From Thermovirgaceae bacterium (GTDB taxonomy: Bacteria; Synergistota; Synergistia; Synergistales; Thermovirgaceae): a stretch of DNA of 27,985 bases. Made by a program: the position numbers and the translations under genes. The notes under the pieces were generated by a model. It did no database searches and had not been told where the DNA came from. It saw only the letters and a list, made by a program, of their open reading frames with translations. This document shows positions 9,322-16,974 of the stretch, piece by piece (position 1 is the stretch's first letter; each line of letters begins with the position of its first letter). Where the stretch lies: NCBI GenBank assembly GCA_046542505.1, contig JBKHBH010000023.1, positions 1 to 27,985 on the forward strand, read 5' to 3'.

Positions 9322-10143
9322 CTAGACCCAGCTGTAGAGAACCTTCCCGCCGGGGAACGTGTACCCCGAGGAAAAGGCAAAAGCCCCAAGGACTTCTCTA
9401 GGCTCAAGAAGCATGTGTTCTTCGATTTCCGATTCGTAGAAAGAAAGATCTCCCTTGCCAATCCAGGCACTGTCGCCTGTTTTCCGGTTTTCCGACCCAA
9501 GCGTCACGAGTTCGAGAACCGAAGGGGGTGCGCCCTTTTCTATGGAAGGGAAATGCCTGATGTGGTACAGGGGTGAGGTCATGAGACCGGGAAGGTCCCC
9601 GGGGGTCCCTTCTTTCTCTATCGTAAGGGTTCCCTCAAAGAGACGTTCATCATTGGCTGATGCGATGCCTTTCAGCGATACACCCGGCCCCGGCTCGGGC
9701 ATTCCGGGGTTCAGGGGATGGAATTCCGTCACCTGGATCCTGCCAAGCTTTTTGGGGAATCCCATAAACCATCCTCTCGCCAGGGTAAAATCATCATCCA
9801 CCCAAACGTGCAAACAGATCTGGCCGGGTTTTCCTTCATAGCTGCAACCCGTCCATATGGCCGCTTCCCGGTACTGTGTCCGTCCAGGGTTGACCCAGGC
9901 CATGTCTTTTTGTTCCTCCGAGAGAGACCACCATCTACTGAAAGCCACGTAAGCCAGGTCCGGCTCCGGTCCCGGCTTTAACGGCTCGGGCAAATAGGCC
10001 GCGATAGCGTCGGGATCTGTCCTGTACAGGATGTTCAGATATTCCGTTCCATAATGCCAGGGGAAATTTCCTATGACCGAGGACTTGCCGCCGGGCGTGA
10101 GGGGATAACAAAACCCCTTGAGGGGGAAATCTCTGCTCAACAA
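9322..10143 (-). CDS. Acetoacetate decarboxylase-like superfamily protein (MppR/Sbi00515-like)
   Basis: PWHY, YLPEPL, QYRE, WVDDDFTLARGWFMGFPKK with the Schiff-base Lys in GxPK, and C-terminal GGKVL. TTG start with SD GGGAGGTG. Confidence 0.85.
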   Translation of the reverse strand: MLSRDFPLKGFCYPLTPGGKSSVIGNFPWHYGTEYLNILYRTDPDAIAAYLPEPLKPGPEPDLAYVAFSRWWSLSEEQKDMAWVNPGRTQYREAAIWTGCSYEGKPGQICLHVWVDDDFTLARGWFMGFPKKLGRIQVTEFHPLNPGMPEPGPGVSLKGIASANDERLFEGTLTIEKEGTPGDLPGLMTSPLYHIRHFPSIEKGAPPSVLELVTLGSENRKTGDSAWIGKGDLSFYESEIEEHMLLEPREVLGAFAFSSGYTFPGGKVLYSWV

Positions 10144-10213
10144 TCACACCTCCCATGGTGTCGATGCTTCCCAGAAAAGCCGAATACCTTCTGCGCCCTG
10201 CATTTCTTTTGAC

Positions 10214-10238
10214 GGATGAAATCCGCCGAATTTCATCC
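10214..10238. promoter_or_regulatory. Inverted repeat, candidate operator or RNA hairpin upstream of the ADC-family gene
   Basis: GGATGAAAT-N7-ATTTCATCC, perfect 9-bp arms, 70 nt upstream of the start codon. Confidence 0.4.
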
Positions 10239-10382
10239 TGTTTCGAAGCGTCACCTGCCCACCGAGGACAAAAGGCGTCCGCTTTGAACCATGACTGACG
10301 TTCAATCTTTCAGCGCCTCCCGTCGTGCTTGAAAAACACGCACAGGACAGGGGACGGTTTCAAGAGGTATCCAGAAGCTTGG

Positions 10383-10410
10383 GGCTTTTTCTTTTCACGA
10401 AAAAAAAGCC
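10383..10410 (-). terminator. AU-rich hairpin just downstream of tRNA-Sec (possible terminator or processing signal)
   Basis: GGCTTTTT...AAAAAGCC arms 22 nt past the CCA end; no clean U-tail after the stem. Confidence 0.3.
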
Positions 10411-10432
10411 GCTACGGTCGAAAAGAGTAAAA

Positions 10433-10529
10433 TGGCGGAGGCGTGTGGGAATCGAACCCACCAGAGCCTGCCTTACAGACCCTCAACGGGTTTGAAGCCC
10501 GCGGGCAACACCAGTCACCATGCGCCTCC
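10433..10529 (-). tRNA. selC: tRNA-Sec (anticodon UCA), 97 nt
   Basis: Folds as GGAGGCGC acceptor (8 positions), 6-bp D-stem GGUGAC/GUUGCC with UGGU loop, anticodon loop CU-UCA-AA (anticodon at 10495-10493), 8-bp variable arm, 5-bp T-stem with UUCGAUU loop, discriminator G and encoded CCA. This is the bacterial 8/5 tRNA-Sec architecture. Confidence 0.97.
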
Positions 10530-10543
10530 GCTTCCGTTCTCGT

Positions 10544-11938
10544 TTATTCTAAAGTGTCCCGTGCAGACTGTCCATCCTCTGGATTTGTCCGCCCGCTCCC
10601 TGGCTGTTTTGTTACGGGAGTAAACCCCCTGCCGTCCCGGATACCCCAGATGAGTTCCACCTTCGTGATCTCGTCACCTATGGCAAAGGCGGCCCGAGCC
10701 TTTGCGGCAGCTGCTTCAAGCGCCTTTTCACTGGATGCGTACACTTTCGCAAGAAGCTGCCCCTCTTCGACCTGGTCGCCGGTCTTTTTCAGAATTTCAA
10801 TCGCCGCCGACAGGTCCAGTCTGTCTTCTTTTCTCAGTCTCCCTCCGCCGGCAAGACGCAAAGCCTCCCCGATTTTCCGCGCATGGCAGGATATGATCCG
10901 ACCCGTTTCTTTCGCCTTGATTTCGAAGATATGTCTTCCGAGGGGAAGCTGTTTTTTTCCGTCAAGAACATCGTCATCGAGCTTTCCGCCCTGTCGTTCG
11001 ATCATTTCCCGAAACTTTTCAATCCCTTTCCCCTTTGCAAGTGCTTTCAAGGCCGCTTCTTTTCCCGCTTCCTGCGTCCGGGCAGAACCCGCGGCGAAAA
11101 GCATAGCTCCGGCGATTTCCGTGCAAAGGCGCGAGGTGTCTTCAGGGCCTTTTCCGTTGAGCACCTGGATGGCCTCGTTCACCTCGGCGGCGTTTCCCAC
11201 CCATCTTCCCAACGGCTGATCCATGTTCGTCAAAAGAGCGACGGCGTCAAATCCCAGGGTGCGTGAAAGCTCCACCAGCTGCCCTGCGAGCTTCAGGGCA
11301 GTCTCCCGCGCCTCCATGAAAGCACCCGAGCCGGATTTTACGTCGAAAACAAAGCGTTTCGCCCCTCCGGCGATTTTTTTGCTCACAATGCTGCTCGCAA
11401 TTAGCGGAATAGATGGAACCGTGGCCGTCACATCCCGCAATGTGTAGAATTTGGCCTCCGCGGGGGCGAGATCCGCCGAATGACCGCTGACGGCGCATCC
11501 AGAGGTTGTGACCTGCTCGACGAACGCCCGTACCGAAAGTTCCGTTTTCATGCCAGGTATGGCCGAAAGCTTGTCCACCGTCCCTCCGGTAAAACCAAGC
11601 CCCTTCCCGCTCAGTTTTGCCACACTGGCACCGCACGCAGCAGCCAGGGGCACCACTACGAGCGTGGTCTTGTCACCGACTCCGCCCGTACTGTGCTTGT
11701 CCACGGGAAGCATGCCGTCAGGGAACCGGACCGTCTTCCCCGAATGCGCCAGTGCCAAAGTAAAGGCTTTGAGCTCCCCGGGAGAAAGTCCCCTGAAGTA
11801 AACCGCCATCAGCCAGGCCGAGATCTGATAATCCGGAACGGTCCCGTCGTTGCAGGCCTTCACGAAGGCCTCCATGGTTTCAGCCGGCGTTTCAAGACCC
11901 TCCCGTTTGGATTCCAGGAAGGGGAGCATCTCAAACAT
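10544..11938 (-). CDS. pdp: Pyrimidine-nucleoside (thymidine) phosphorylase
   Basis: DYQISAWLMA, DKHSTGGVGDK, KLSGKGLGFTGGTVDKL, RDVTATV, SIVSKK and MDQPLG. ATG 11938 overlaps the punA stop (ATGTTTGA). Confidence 0.94.
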   Translation of the reverse strand: MFEMLPFLESKREGLETPAETMEAFVKACNDGTVPDYQISAWLMAVYFRGLSPGELKAFTLALAHSGKTVRFPDGMLPVDKHSTGGVGDKTTLVVVPLAAACGASVAKLSGKGLGFTGGTVDKLSAIPGMKTELSVRAFVEQVTTSGCAVSGHSADLAPAEAKFYTLRDVTATVPSIPLIASSIVSKKIAGGAKRFVFDVKSGSGAFMEARETALKLAGQLVELSRTLGFDAVALLTNMDQPLGRWVGNAAEVNEAIQVLNGKGPEDTSRLCTEIAGAMLFAAGSARTQEAGKEAALKALAKGKGIEKFREMIERQGGKLDDDVLDGKKQLPLGRHIFEIKAKETGRIISCHARKIGEALRLAGGGRLRKEDRLDLSAAIEILKKTGDQVEEGQLLAKVYASSEKALEAAAAKARAAFAIGDEITKVELIWGIRDGRGFTPVTKQPGSGRTNPEDGQSARDTLE

Positions 11939-12764
11939 GAGTACCCGCAACTCCTGGGATGAAGTCAAGAAGCAGGTGTACCAGCCGGCCTGACGTCTTC
12001 TGCATGGCTTTCAGGACCTCCTCGTGACTCAGCGGCTGTTCAGTCATTCCAGCCGCGTAATTCGCCACACAGGAAAACACGCATACCCGCATTCCCATGT
12101 GTCGGGCGACGATAACTTCGGGAACGGTAGACATTCCCACGATGTCCGCGCCCATAAGCCGGGCCATCCTGATCTCGGCGGGCGTCTCGAATGACGGTCC
12201 GTCAAAGGCTATGTAGACTCCACGCCTGAGCTGCATGCCCGTTCTGGAAGCACTTTTTTCCGCGCCTTCCATGAGTTCGTCATCATAGACGGAGCTCATG
12301 TCGGGAAACCTCGGCCCCCAGTCATCCTCGTTGGCCCCCCTGAGGGGGTTGTCTCCGATGAAATTGATATGATCGTATACCAGCACGATATCACCGGGTC
12401 TGAAACCGTGACTGATCCCGCCCGATGCGTTGGTGGCAACATAATTTCTGACTCCCCATTCCCCGAGTACCCGAACCGGAAAGGTAACTTCGTCCATGCT
12501 GTACCCCTCGTAATAATGGAGCCTTCCCTGAAGGGCTACGACAGGCACGCCCTGCACCTTTCCGGCCGAAAGCCTTCCGGCGTGCCCCGGTGCCGTCGAT
12601 TCCGCCCAGCCTGGAATTTCTCCATAAGGAATGGACACCGAGTCTTCAAGTCTCTCGGCAAACTCGCCCAGGCCCGAACCGAGGACAACAGACACACGCG
12701 GGATTTCAGGGACTTTGCTTCGCAGAAAATCCGCCGCCGCCAGTACCCTTTCCTTTATTGACAT
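11931..12764 (-). CDS. punA: Purine-nucleoside phosphorylase (trimeric type)
   Basis: VLGSGLG, GHAG, QGRLHYYEG, TNASGG, GPSFETPAE, VGMSTVPE and SHEEV. ATG 12764 with SD AAGGGGG. Confidence 0.95.
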   Translation of the reverse strand: MSIKERVLAAADFLRSKVPEIPRVSVVLGSGLGEFAERLEDSVSIPYGEIPGWAESTAPGHAGRLSAGKVQGVPVVALQGRLHYYEGYSMDEVTFPVRVLGEWGVRNYVATNASGGISHGFRPGDIVLVYDHINFIGDNPLRGANEDDWGPRFPDMSSVYDDELMEGAEKSASRTGMQLRRGVYIAFDGPSFETPAEIRMARLMGADIVGMSTVPEVIVARHMGMRVCVFSCVANYAAGMTEQPLSHEEVLKAMQKTSGRLVHLLLDFIPGVAGTHV

Positions 12765-12786
12765 GAGTGTTTCCCCCTTCACAAGT

Positions 12787-13677
12787 CTACGCTCGGGGGT
12801 GTGTCCGGTCGTAGACATCCCTGAGCTCGAGATCGAAATGGGTGTATCGTTCCGTTGTGGCTATTGATGCGTGGCCGAGTATTTCCTGGAGGGTCCTCAG
12901 GTCCATCCCCCGTCTCAGCAAATGGGTCGCGAAGGAATGCCTGAGGATATGAGGGTGAAGTCTGGAAACCGGAATTCCTGCCATTTTCCCCCGTTTTCGG
13001 ATGATCCTCCAGAGATCTTCCCTTCGGAGGGGCTTGCCTGACCTGCTGAGGAAAACACGGTCTGAAATTCCCCGTTCAAGGAGAGGTCTGCCCTTTTCGA
13101 GGTAAATGCGCAGTCGGTTCCTGACCTCGCCAAGAAAGGGAACCATTCTTTCCTTGCCACCTTTGCCCAATGGACGCAACAGTCCGCCCTCTAGATCCAC
13201 ATCCTGCAGGCGCAGTCCGGCCAGCTCGCTCGCTCTGAGTCCACAGCCATACCCCGTTTCCAGGACAGCCCTGTCCCTCAGCTCCAGAGGGCGTTCTCCG
13301 CGGCTTGCCTCAAAAAGACGCTGGATCTCCCCTTCGCCTAGAACCTGGGGCAACGCCTTCCCTTTTTCAGGGAGCGGGCAATTGAACACTCCCTTTTCAA
13401 TAATCCCTTCTTCCACAAGAAACACAGCCCAGGAACGAAGCGCAGCGGCATGCCTCTGCACTGTTGCATCACTGTACCCTTCTTCCACAAGATCGCGGAT
13501 AAAGGAAGCGGCGACATCGGCGTCGGGTGGAAGAAGGGGTGCCTTCCGCTTTCCACAGAAAGCACCCCACCTGGCAAGATCCGCCCCGTAGGCCTTGACG
13601 GTATTCTCGCTGCAGCCTCTTTCATATCTCAGGTATTTTTTGAACTCATCGAGAAGCAGTGCATCTTTCTTTTTCAA
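12787..13677 (-). CDS. xerD: Chromosomal tyrosine recombinase XerD (or XerC)
   Basis: N-terminal SENTVKAYGADL; catalytic R (GLRASEL), K (GKGGKER), HxxR (HILRHSFATHLL), H and Y (LGHASIATTERY); HPRA tail. Synteny nudF-xerD-punA-pdp matches the Firmicutes xerD locus. TTG start at 13677 (SD GAGGT) or 13689. Confidence 0.85.
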   Translation of the reverse strand: MKKKDALLLDEFKKYLRYERGCSENTVKAYGADLARWGAFCGKRKAPLLPPDADVAASFIRDLVEEGYSDATVQRHAAALRSWAVFLVEEGIIEKGVFNCPLPEKGKALPQVLGEGEIQRLFEASRGERPLELRDRAVLETGYGCGLRASELAGLRLQDVDLEGGLLRPLGKGGKERMVPFLGEVRNRLRIYLEKGRPLLERGISDRVFLSRSGKPLRREDLWRIIRKRGKMAGIPVSRLHPHILRHSFATHLLRRGMDLRTLQEILGHASIATTERYTHFDLELRDVYDRTHPRA

Positions 13678-13719
13678 GAGCGACCTCAAAAAAACAAGAG
13701 TTTGTTCACTCGAGCAAAA

Positions 13720-14253
13720 CTAGCCTGTTTTGTGATACAGGTACCAGCAAAGCGCCGCCAGGGTTTTCGCGTCACGGATCTTTCCCGCTGCAAGTAAATC
13801 GGCGATGCGCCGGGCTTCGACAGGCTCAACGTCTATGTTCTCGTCGAAATCCTGTTCCAGGGGTGCGTATTCGCAGCCGCCGGCGAGAAAGAGGATGATC
13901 ATCTCCGTAGAGAAACCCGGTGATGTGTAAAACCTGAGGACCTCTTCCACGCTTTGGGGCTCGTAGCCTGTTTCTTCCCTGAGTTCACGGACCGCCGTTT
14001 CCCTGGCGTTTTCGCCCGGTTCGACAATGCCGGCCGGAACTTCCAGCAGGGCTTCGCCGACAGGATAACGGTTTTGCCTGACCAAGAGGATCCTGTCCTT
14101 TGGATCCGTCGCGAGGATAGCAACGGCAGGTGCATGCTCCACCACCTCGCGGGTGGTTTTCTGCCCCGACGGCAAGATGACGTTGTCTACTTTCAGGTTG
14201 ATTATCCGGCCCCTGTAGAGGATATTGCTCGATATTTTCCTTTCGGCATCCAT
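13720..14253 (-). CDS. nudF: NUDIX hydrolase, ADP-ribose pyrophosphatase type
   Basis: Nudix box GIVEPGENARETAVRELREETGY; REVVEH, SPGFSTE, DENI and IRDAKT. Confidence 0.88.
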   Translation of the reverse strand: MDAERKISSNILYRGRIINLKVDNVILPSGQKTTREVVEHAPAVAILATDPKDRILLVRQNRYPVGEALLEVPAGIVEPGENARETAVRELREETGYEPQSVEEVLRFYTSPGFSTEMIILFLAGGCEYAPLEQDFDENIDVEPVEARRIADLLAAGKIRDAKTLAALCWYLYHKTG

Positions 14254-14259
14254 CTGTTT

Positions 14260-14820
14260 TCAGGACTCCAGGATTTTTCTGGCGATTTCCTGCCCTTTCT
14301 CGTAAGCCTGAAGGTTCATTGGCAAGAACTGGGGTTTCCTTTTCCCCAGCTTTTCCTTGATCGTTTCAAGGCATACATCCTTTGAGACGAGATCTGTAGA
14401 CTCAACCAGGGCCCCGAGAACCACAATGTTCGCCACTTTATCGCTTCCTAGCTCCAGAGCGATGCCATGGCACGGGACAGGAAGCACGGTGATGTCCGTC
14501 CGCGGATCGGGGTAATCCAGAAGGTCAGAATTGTAAAGCAGCGTTCCTCCAGGTCTGACGGTGTCTATGAACTTCTCCAACGAGGGCTTGTTCATGATCA
14601 CGGCGACGTCAGCTTCGGCAACAACGGGTGAGGCGATTTCCTCATCACTTATGACAACCCCGCAATTCGCCGTTCCACCGCGCATCTCCGGTCCATAGGA
14701 AGGAATCCATGTCACGTATCTCCCTTCGCTGATGGCCGTATAGGCGACGAGCTGACCTAAAACCATGATGCCCTGTCCGCCAAAACCGGCAGCGATCAGG
14801 CCTCTTTCGAATTTCGCCAT
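14260..14820 (-). CDS. 2-oxoacid:ferredoxin oxidoreductase gamma subunit
   Basis: AGFGGQG, PSYGPEMRGGTANC and NIVVLGA. True start is ATG 14820 with SD GGAGG; the longer ORF-track version overlaps the beta gene. Confidence 0.92.
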   Translation of the reverse strand: MAKFERGLIAAGFGGQGIMVLGQLVAYTAISEGRYVTWIPSYGPEMRGGTANCGVVISDEEIASPVVAEADVAVIMNKPSLEKFIDTVRPGGTLLYNSDLLDYPDPRTDITVLPVPCHGIALELGSDKVANIVVLGALVESTDLVSKDVCLETIKEKLGKRKPQFLPMNLQAYEKGQEIARKILES

Positions 14821-14834
14821 TCCCGTTCGCCTCC

Positions 14835-15581
14835 TTACTCGAAATCCTTGTACACGCCGAGGGGATAATAGGGAATCATGGTGTCCACCGTCCATTTGAA
14901 GGCCTGGACGGGTTGCATCCCCCAGTTCGTCGGACAGTTCGAAAGGACCTCTACAAAAGAGTAGCCCTTTCCGTCGATCTGATATTGCAAGGCTTTCTTG
15001 ATGGCCTTTTTGGCGGCAATAACGTATTTTGGCTCCGCTACGGCAACCCGTTCTATGTAGGCCGGCGTCTTGAGCGTCGTCAAGAGTTCGCACATCCGCA
15101 TTGGATAGCCGGCGAGTTCCGGATCCCTGCCAAAAGGACAGGTGGTCGCCTTCTGGCCAACCAGCGTGGTCGGGGCCATCTGTCCGCCCGTCATGCCGTA
15201 AATCGCGTTGTTGATGAATATGGTGGTAAATTTTTCGCCCCTGTTCGCCGCGTGGATGATTTCCGCCGTCCCTATGGACGCGAGGTCGCCGTCCCCCTGG
15301 TAGGTAAAGATGATGCGGTCGGGCCTGGTGCGCTTGAGTCCCGTCGCCAGGGCGGGTGCCCTGCCGTGGGCGGCCTCGCTGAAATCCACGTCAATGTAAT
15401 CGTACATCATGGCGGCGCACCCCACCGGGGCGATACCGATGGTCTTTTCCTGAATACCGAGTTCGTCGATAATCTCGCACAGGATCTTGTGGGTGATGCC
15501 ATGCCCGCAACCCGGGCAATAATGTGTATGGACGTCCTTCATCCAGGATTTCGGACGCTCATAGATTTTCGTTTCTTTCAT
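14835..15581 (-). CDS. 2-oxoacid:ferredoxin oxidoreductase beta subunit (TPP-binding), 2-ketoisovalerate type
   Basis: [21 protein letters not shown] motif GDGD...[11 protein letters not shown], and SNCPTNW. Confidence 0.92.
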   Translation of the reverse strand: MKETKIYERPKSWMKDVHTHYCPGCGHGITHKILCEIIDELGIQEKTIGIAPVGCAAMMYDYIDVDFSEAAHGRAPALATGLKRTRPDRIIFTYQGDGDLASIGTAEIIHAANRGEKFTTIFINNAIYGMTGGQMAPTTLVGQKATTCPFGRDPELAGYPMRMCELLTTLKTPAYIERVAVAEPKYVIAAKKAIKKALQYQIDGKGYSFVEVLSNCPTNWGMQPVQAFKWTVDTMIPYYPLGVYKDFE

Positions 15582-15599
15582 GACCTTCTCCCCCCTCGC

Positions 15600-16649
15600 C
15601 TACAGGAGTTCCCTGAGCTTGTCCTCGATTTCCCTCACCGAGGGAGCGATACCGCCGCACCGCCCGAAAAAGGATACCGGTGCCCTGTCGCAGACCGCCG
15701 CCTGGACGTCTTCAAGCATCTGGCCGGTGTTCATCTCGACAACCAGAACATGTCTGGCTTTCTCTGAAAGCTTGCCTATCTGCTCCGCGGGGAAGGGGTA
15801 GAGCGTGATCGGCCTGATCATTCCTACTTTCACACCCTCCTCCCGAAGGTTCGAGATCGCCGACCGGGCTATTCGGGCAGTCGTTCCGAAGGCCGCCAAA
15901 AGGTATTCCGCATCTTCGGTGCGATATTCCTCAAAGCGGACCTCTTTGCCCATGGCGTCATATTTTTCCTTGAGTTTCAGGTTATGCCTTTCGAGCTGTT
16001 CCGGATCGAGGTAGAGGCTCTTGAGGACGCTCCTGCTTTCTCTTTTGTCCATGTTGCCCAGAGCCCAGGGCGTTACGTCTGGAAGGTCCTCACTCTTGTG
16101 TTCGGTGATCTCCACGGCTTCCATCATTTGCCCCATGAACCCGTCAGCGGCGATCATCACCGGATTCCGGTAGGTAAAAGCAAGATCGAAGGCCAGCTGT
16201 GTCAGATCCACCGCTTCCTGAAGCGTGCTCGGCGCCAGGACGAGCAGGCGGTAATCGCCGTTGCCGCCGCCCTTTGTGGCCTGCAGGTAATCACCCTGGG
16301 CGGGAAGGATGCCGCCCAGCCCCGGTCCGGCCCTCATGACGTTCACGATGACCGCAGGAATCTCGCATCCCGCGATGTAGCTGATACCCTCAGACATCAG
16401 CGAAATACCCGGGCTTGAAGACGTGGTCATGACCTTCGTCCCCGTCCCTCCGCCGCCCATGACCATGTTGATGGCCGCAACCTCGCTTTCGGCCTGGACA
16501 TAGGCCCCTCCAATGGAGGGAAGCTTGGCGGACATGTATTCGGGAATCTCGTTCTGGGGCGTTATCGGATACCCGAAAAAATACTTGCAACCGGCCTGAA
16601 TGGCCGCTTCGGCTATCGCTTCAGTACCTTTCATGAGTACACGTGCCAT
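15600..16649 (-). CDS. vorB: 2-oxoacid:ferredoxin oxidoreductase alpha subunit (3-methyl-2-oxobutanoate dehydrogenase type; named VorB or VorA depending on nomenclature)
   Basis: FGYPITPQ, QAESEVAA, TSSSPGISL, RAGPGLG, GGNGDY, RPITLYPFP and VEMNTGQM. Confidence 0.9.
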   Translation of the reverse strand: MARVLMKGTEAIAEAAIQAGCKYFFGYPITPQNEIPEYMSAKLPSIGGAYVQAESEVAAINMVMGGGGTGTKVMTTSSSPGISLMSEGISYIAGCEIPAVIVNVMRAGPGLGGILPAQGDYLQATKGGGNGDYRLLVLAPSTLQEAVDLTQLAFDLAFTYRNPVMIAADGFMGQMMEAVEITEHKSEDLPDVTPWALGNMDKRESRSVLKSLYLDPEQLERHNLKLKEKYDAMGKEVRFEEYRTEDAEYLLAAFGTTARIARSAISNLREEGVKVGMIRPITLYPFPAEQIGKLSEKARHVLVVEMNTGQMLEDVQAAVCDRAPVSFFGRCGGIAPSVREIEDKLRELL

Positions 16650-16671
16650 TTCACATCACCTCCGGCCGGTT

Positions 16672-16893
16672 CTATGAATTCTCCTCGAACTTGTACACTT
16701 CGATCGCCGCGTCGGGACAAATGGTCGAGCACATCCCGCAGGCGATGCAACCTTCCTTGTACTGCTCAACAGGTCTGTACCCCTTGCTGTTGATCTTCTC
16801 GGATATCCGCAAAACCTTGACGGGACACGCCTCGACGCACAAGCCACAGCTTTTGCAAAAGCTTTCGAGCACGGCGATCCGTCCTTTTGCCAT
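16672..16893 (-). CDS. 2[4Fe-4S] ferredoxin-like delta subunit of the oxidoreductase
   Basis: Two CxxCxxCxxxCP motifs (CKSCGLCVEACP, CIACGMCSTICP); SD AGGAG. Confidence 0.92.
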   Translation of the reverse strand: MAKGRIAVLESFCKSCGLCVEACPVKVLRISEKINSKGYRPVEQYKEGCIACGMCSTICPDAAIEVYKFEENS

Positions 16894-16974
16894 GACACTG
16901 TCAACTCCTCTCGTGTATTATTTTGACCTGACCAGACTGCACACTTCCCCCTGCAGGGTCCTGTCACCTCCAGG

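Noticed and set aside
10313..10320. Second copy of the tRNA-Sec 5' octamer GGAGGCGC as an att site or tRNA remnant
   Set aside because: Only 8 bp, matches the 5' end instead of the 3' end, and no cloverleaf follows; expected by chance.
4431..10432. Genomic island inserted at selC, a known integration hotspot
   Set aside because: By eye I found no duplicate of the tRNA 3' end, no integrase downstream of selC, and no obvious compositional shift.
12787..13689. Tyrosine recombinase near a tRNA as a prophage or island integrase
   Set aside because: It has XerC/D length and the HPRA tail, sits in the nudF-xerD-punA-pdp context, lies upstream of the tRNA, and has no phage or ICE genes nearby.
13687..13712. 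Weak hairpin plus U-run between nudF and xerD as a terminator
   Set aside because: The stem is only 5-6 mostly A-U pairs, too weak to call.
14821..15093. N-terminal extensions in the ORF track (gamma subunit; likewise gpt 3673, def 19183, rpsA 20893, punA 12818, pdp 11968)
   Set aside because: Longest-ORF artefacts that mostly overlap upstream genes; downstream starts match family N-termini and mostly have well-spaced SD sequences.
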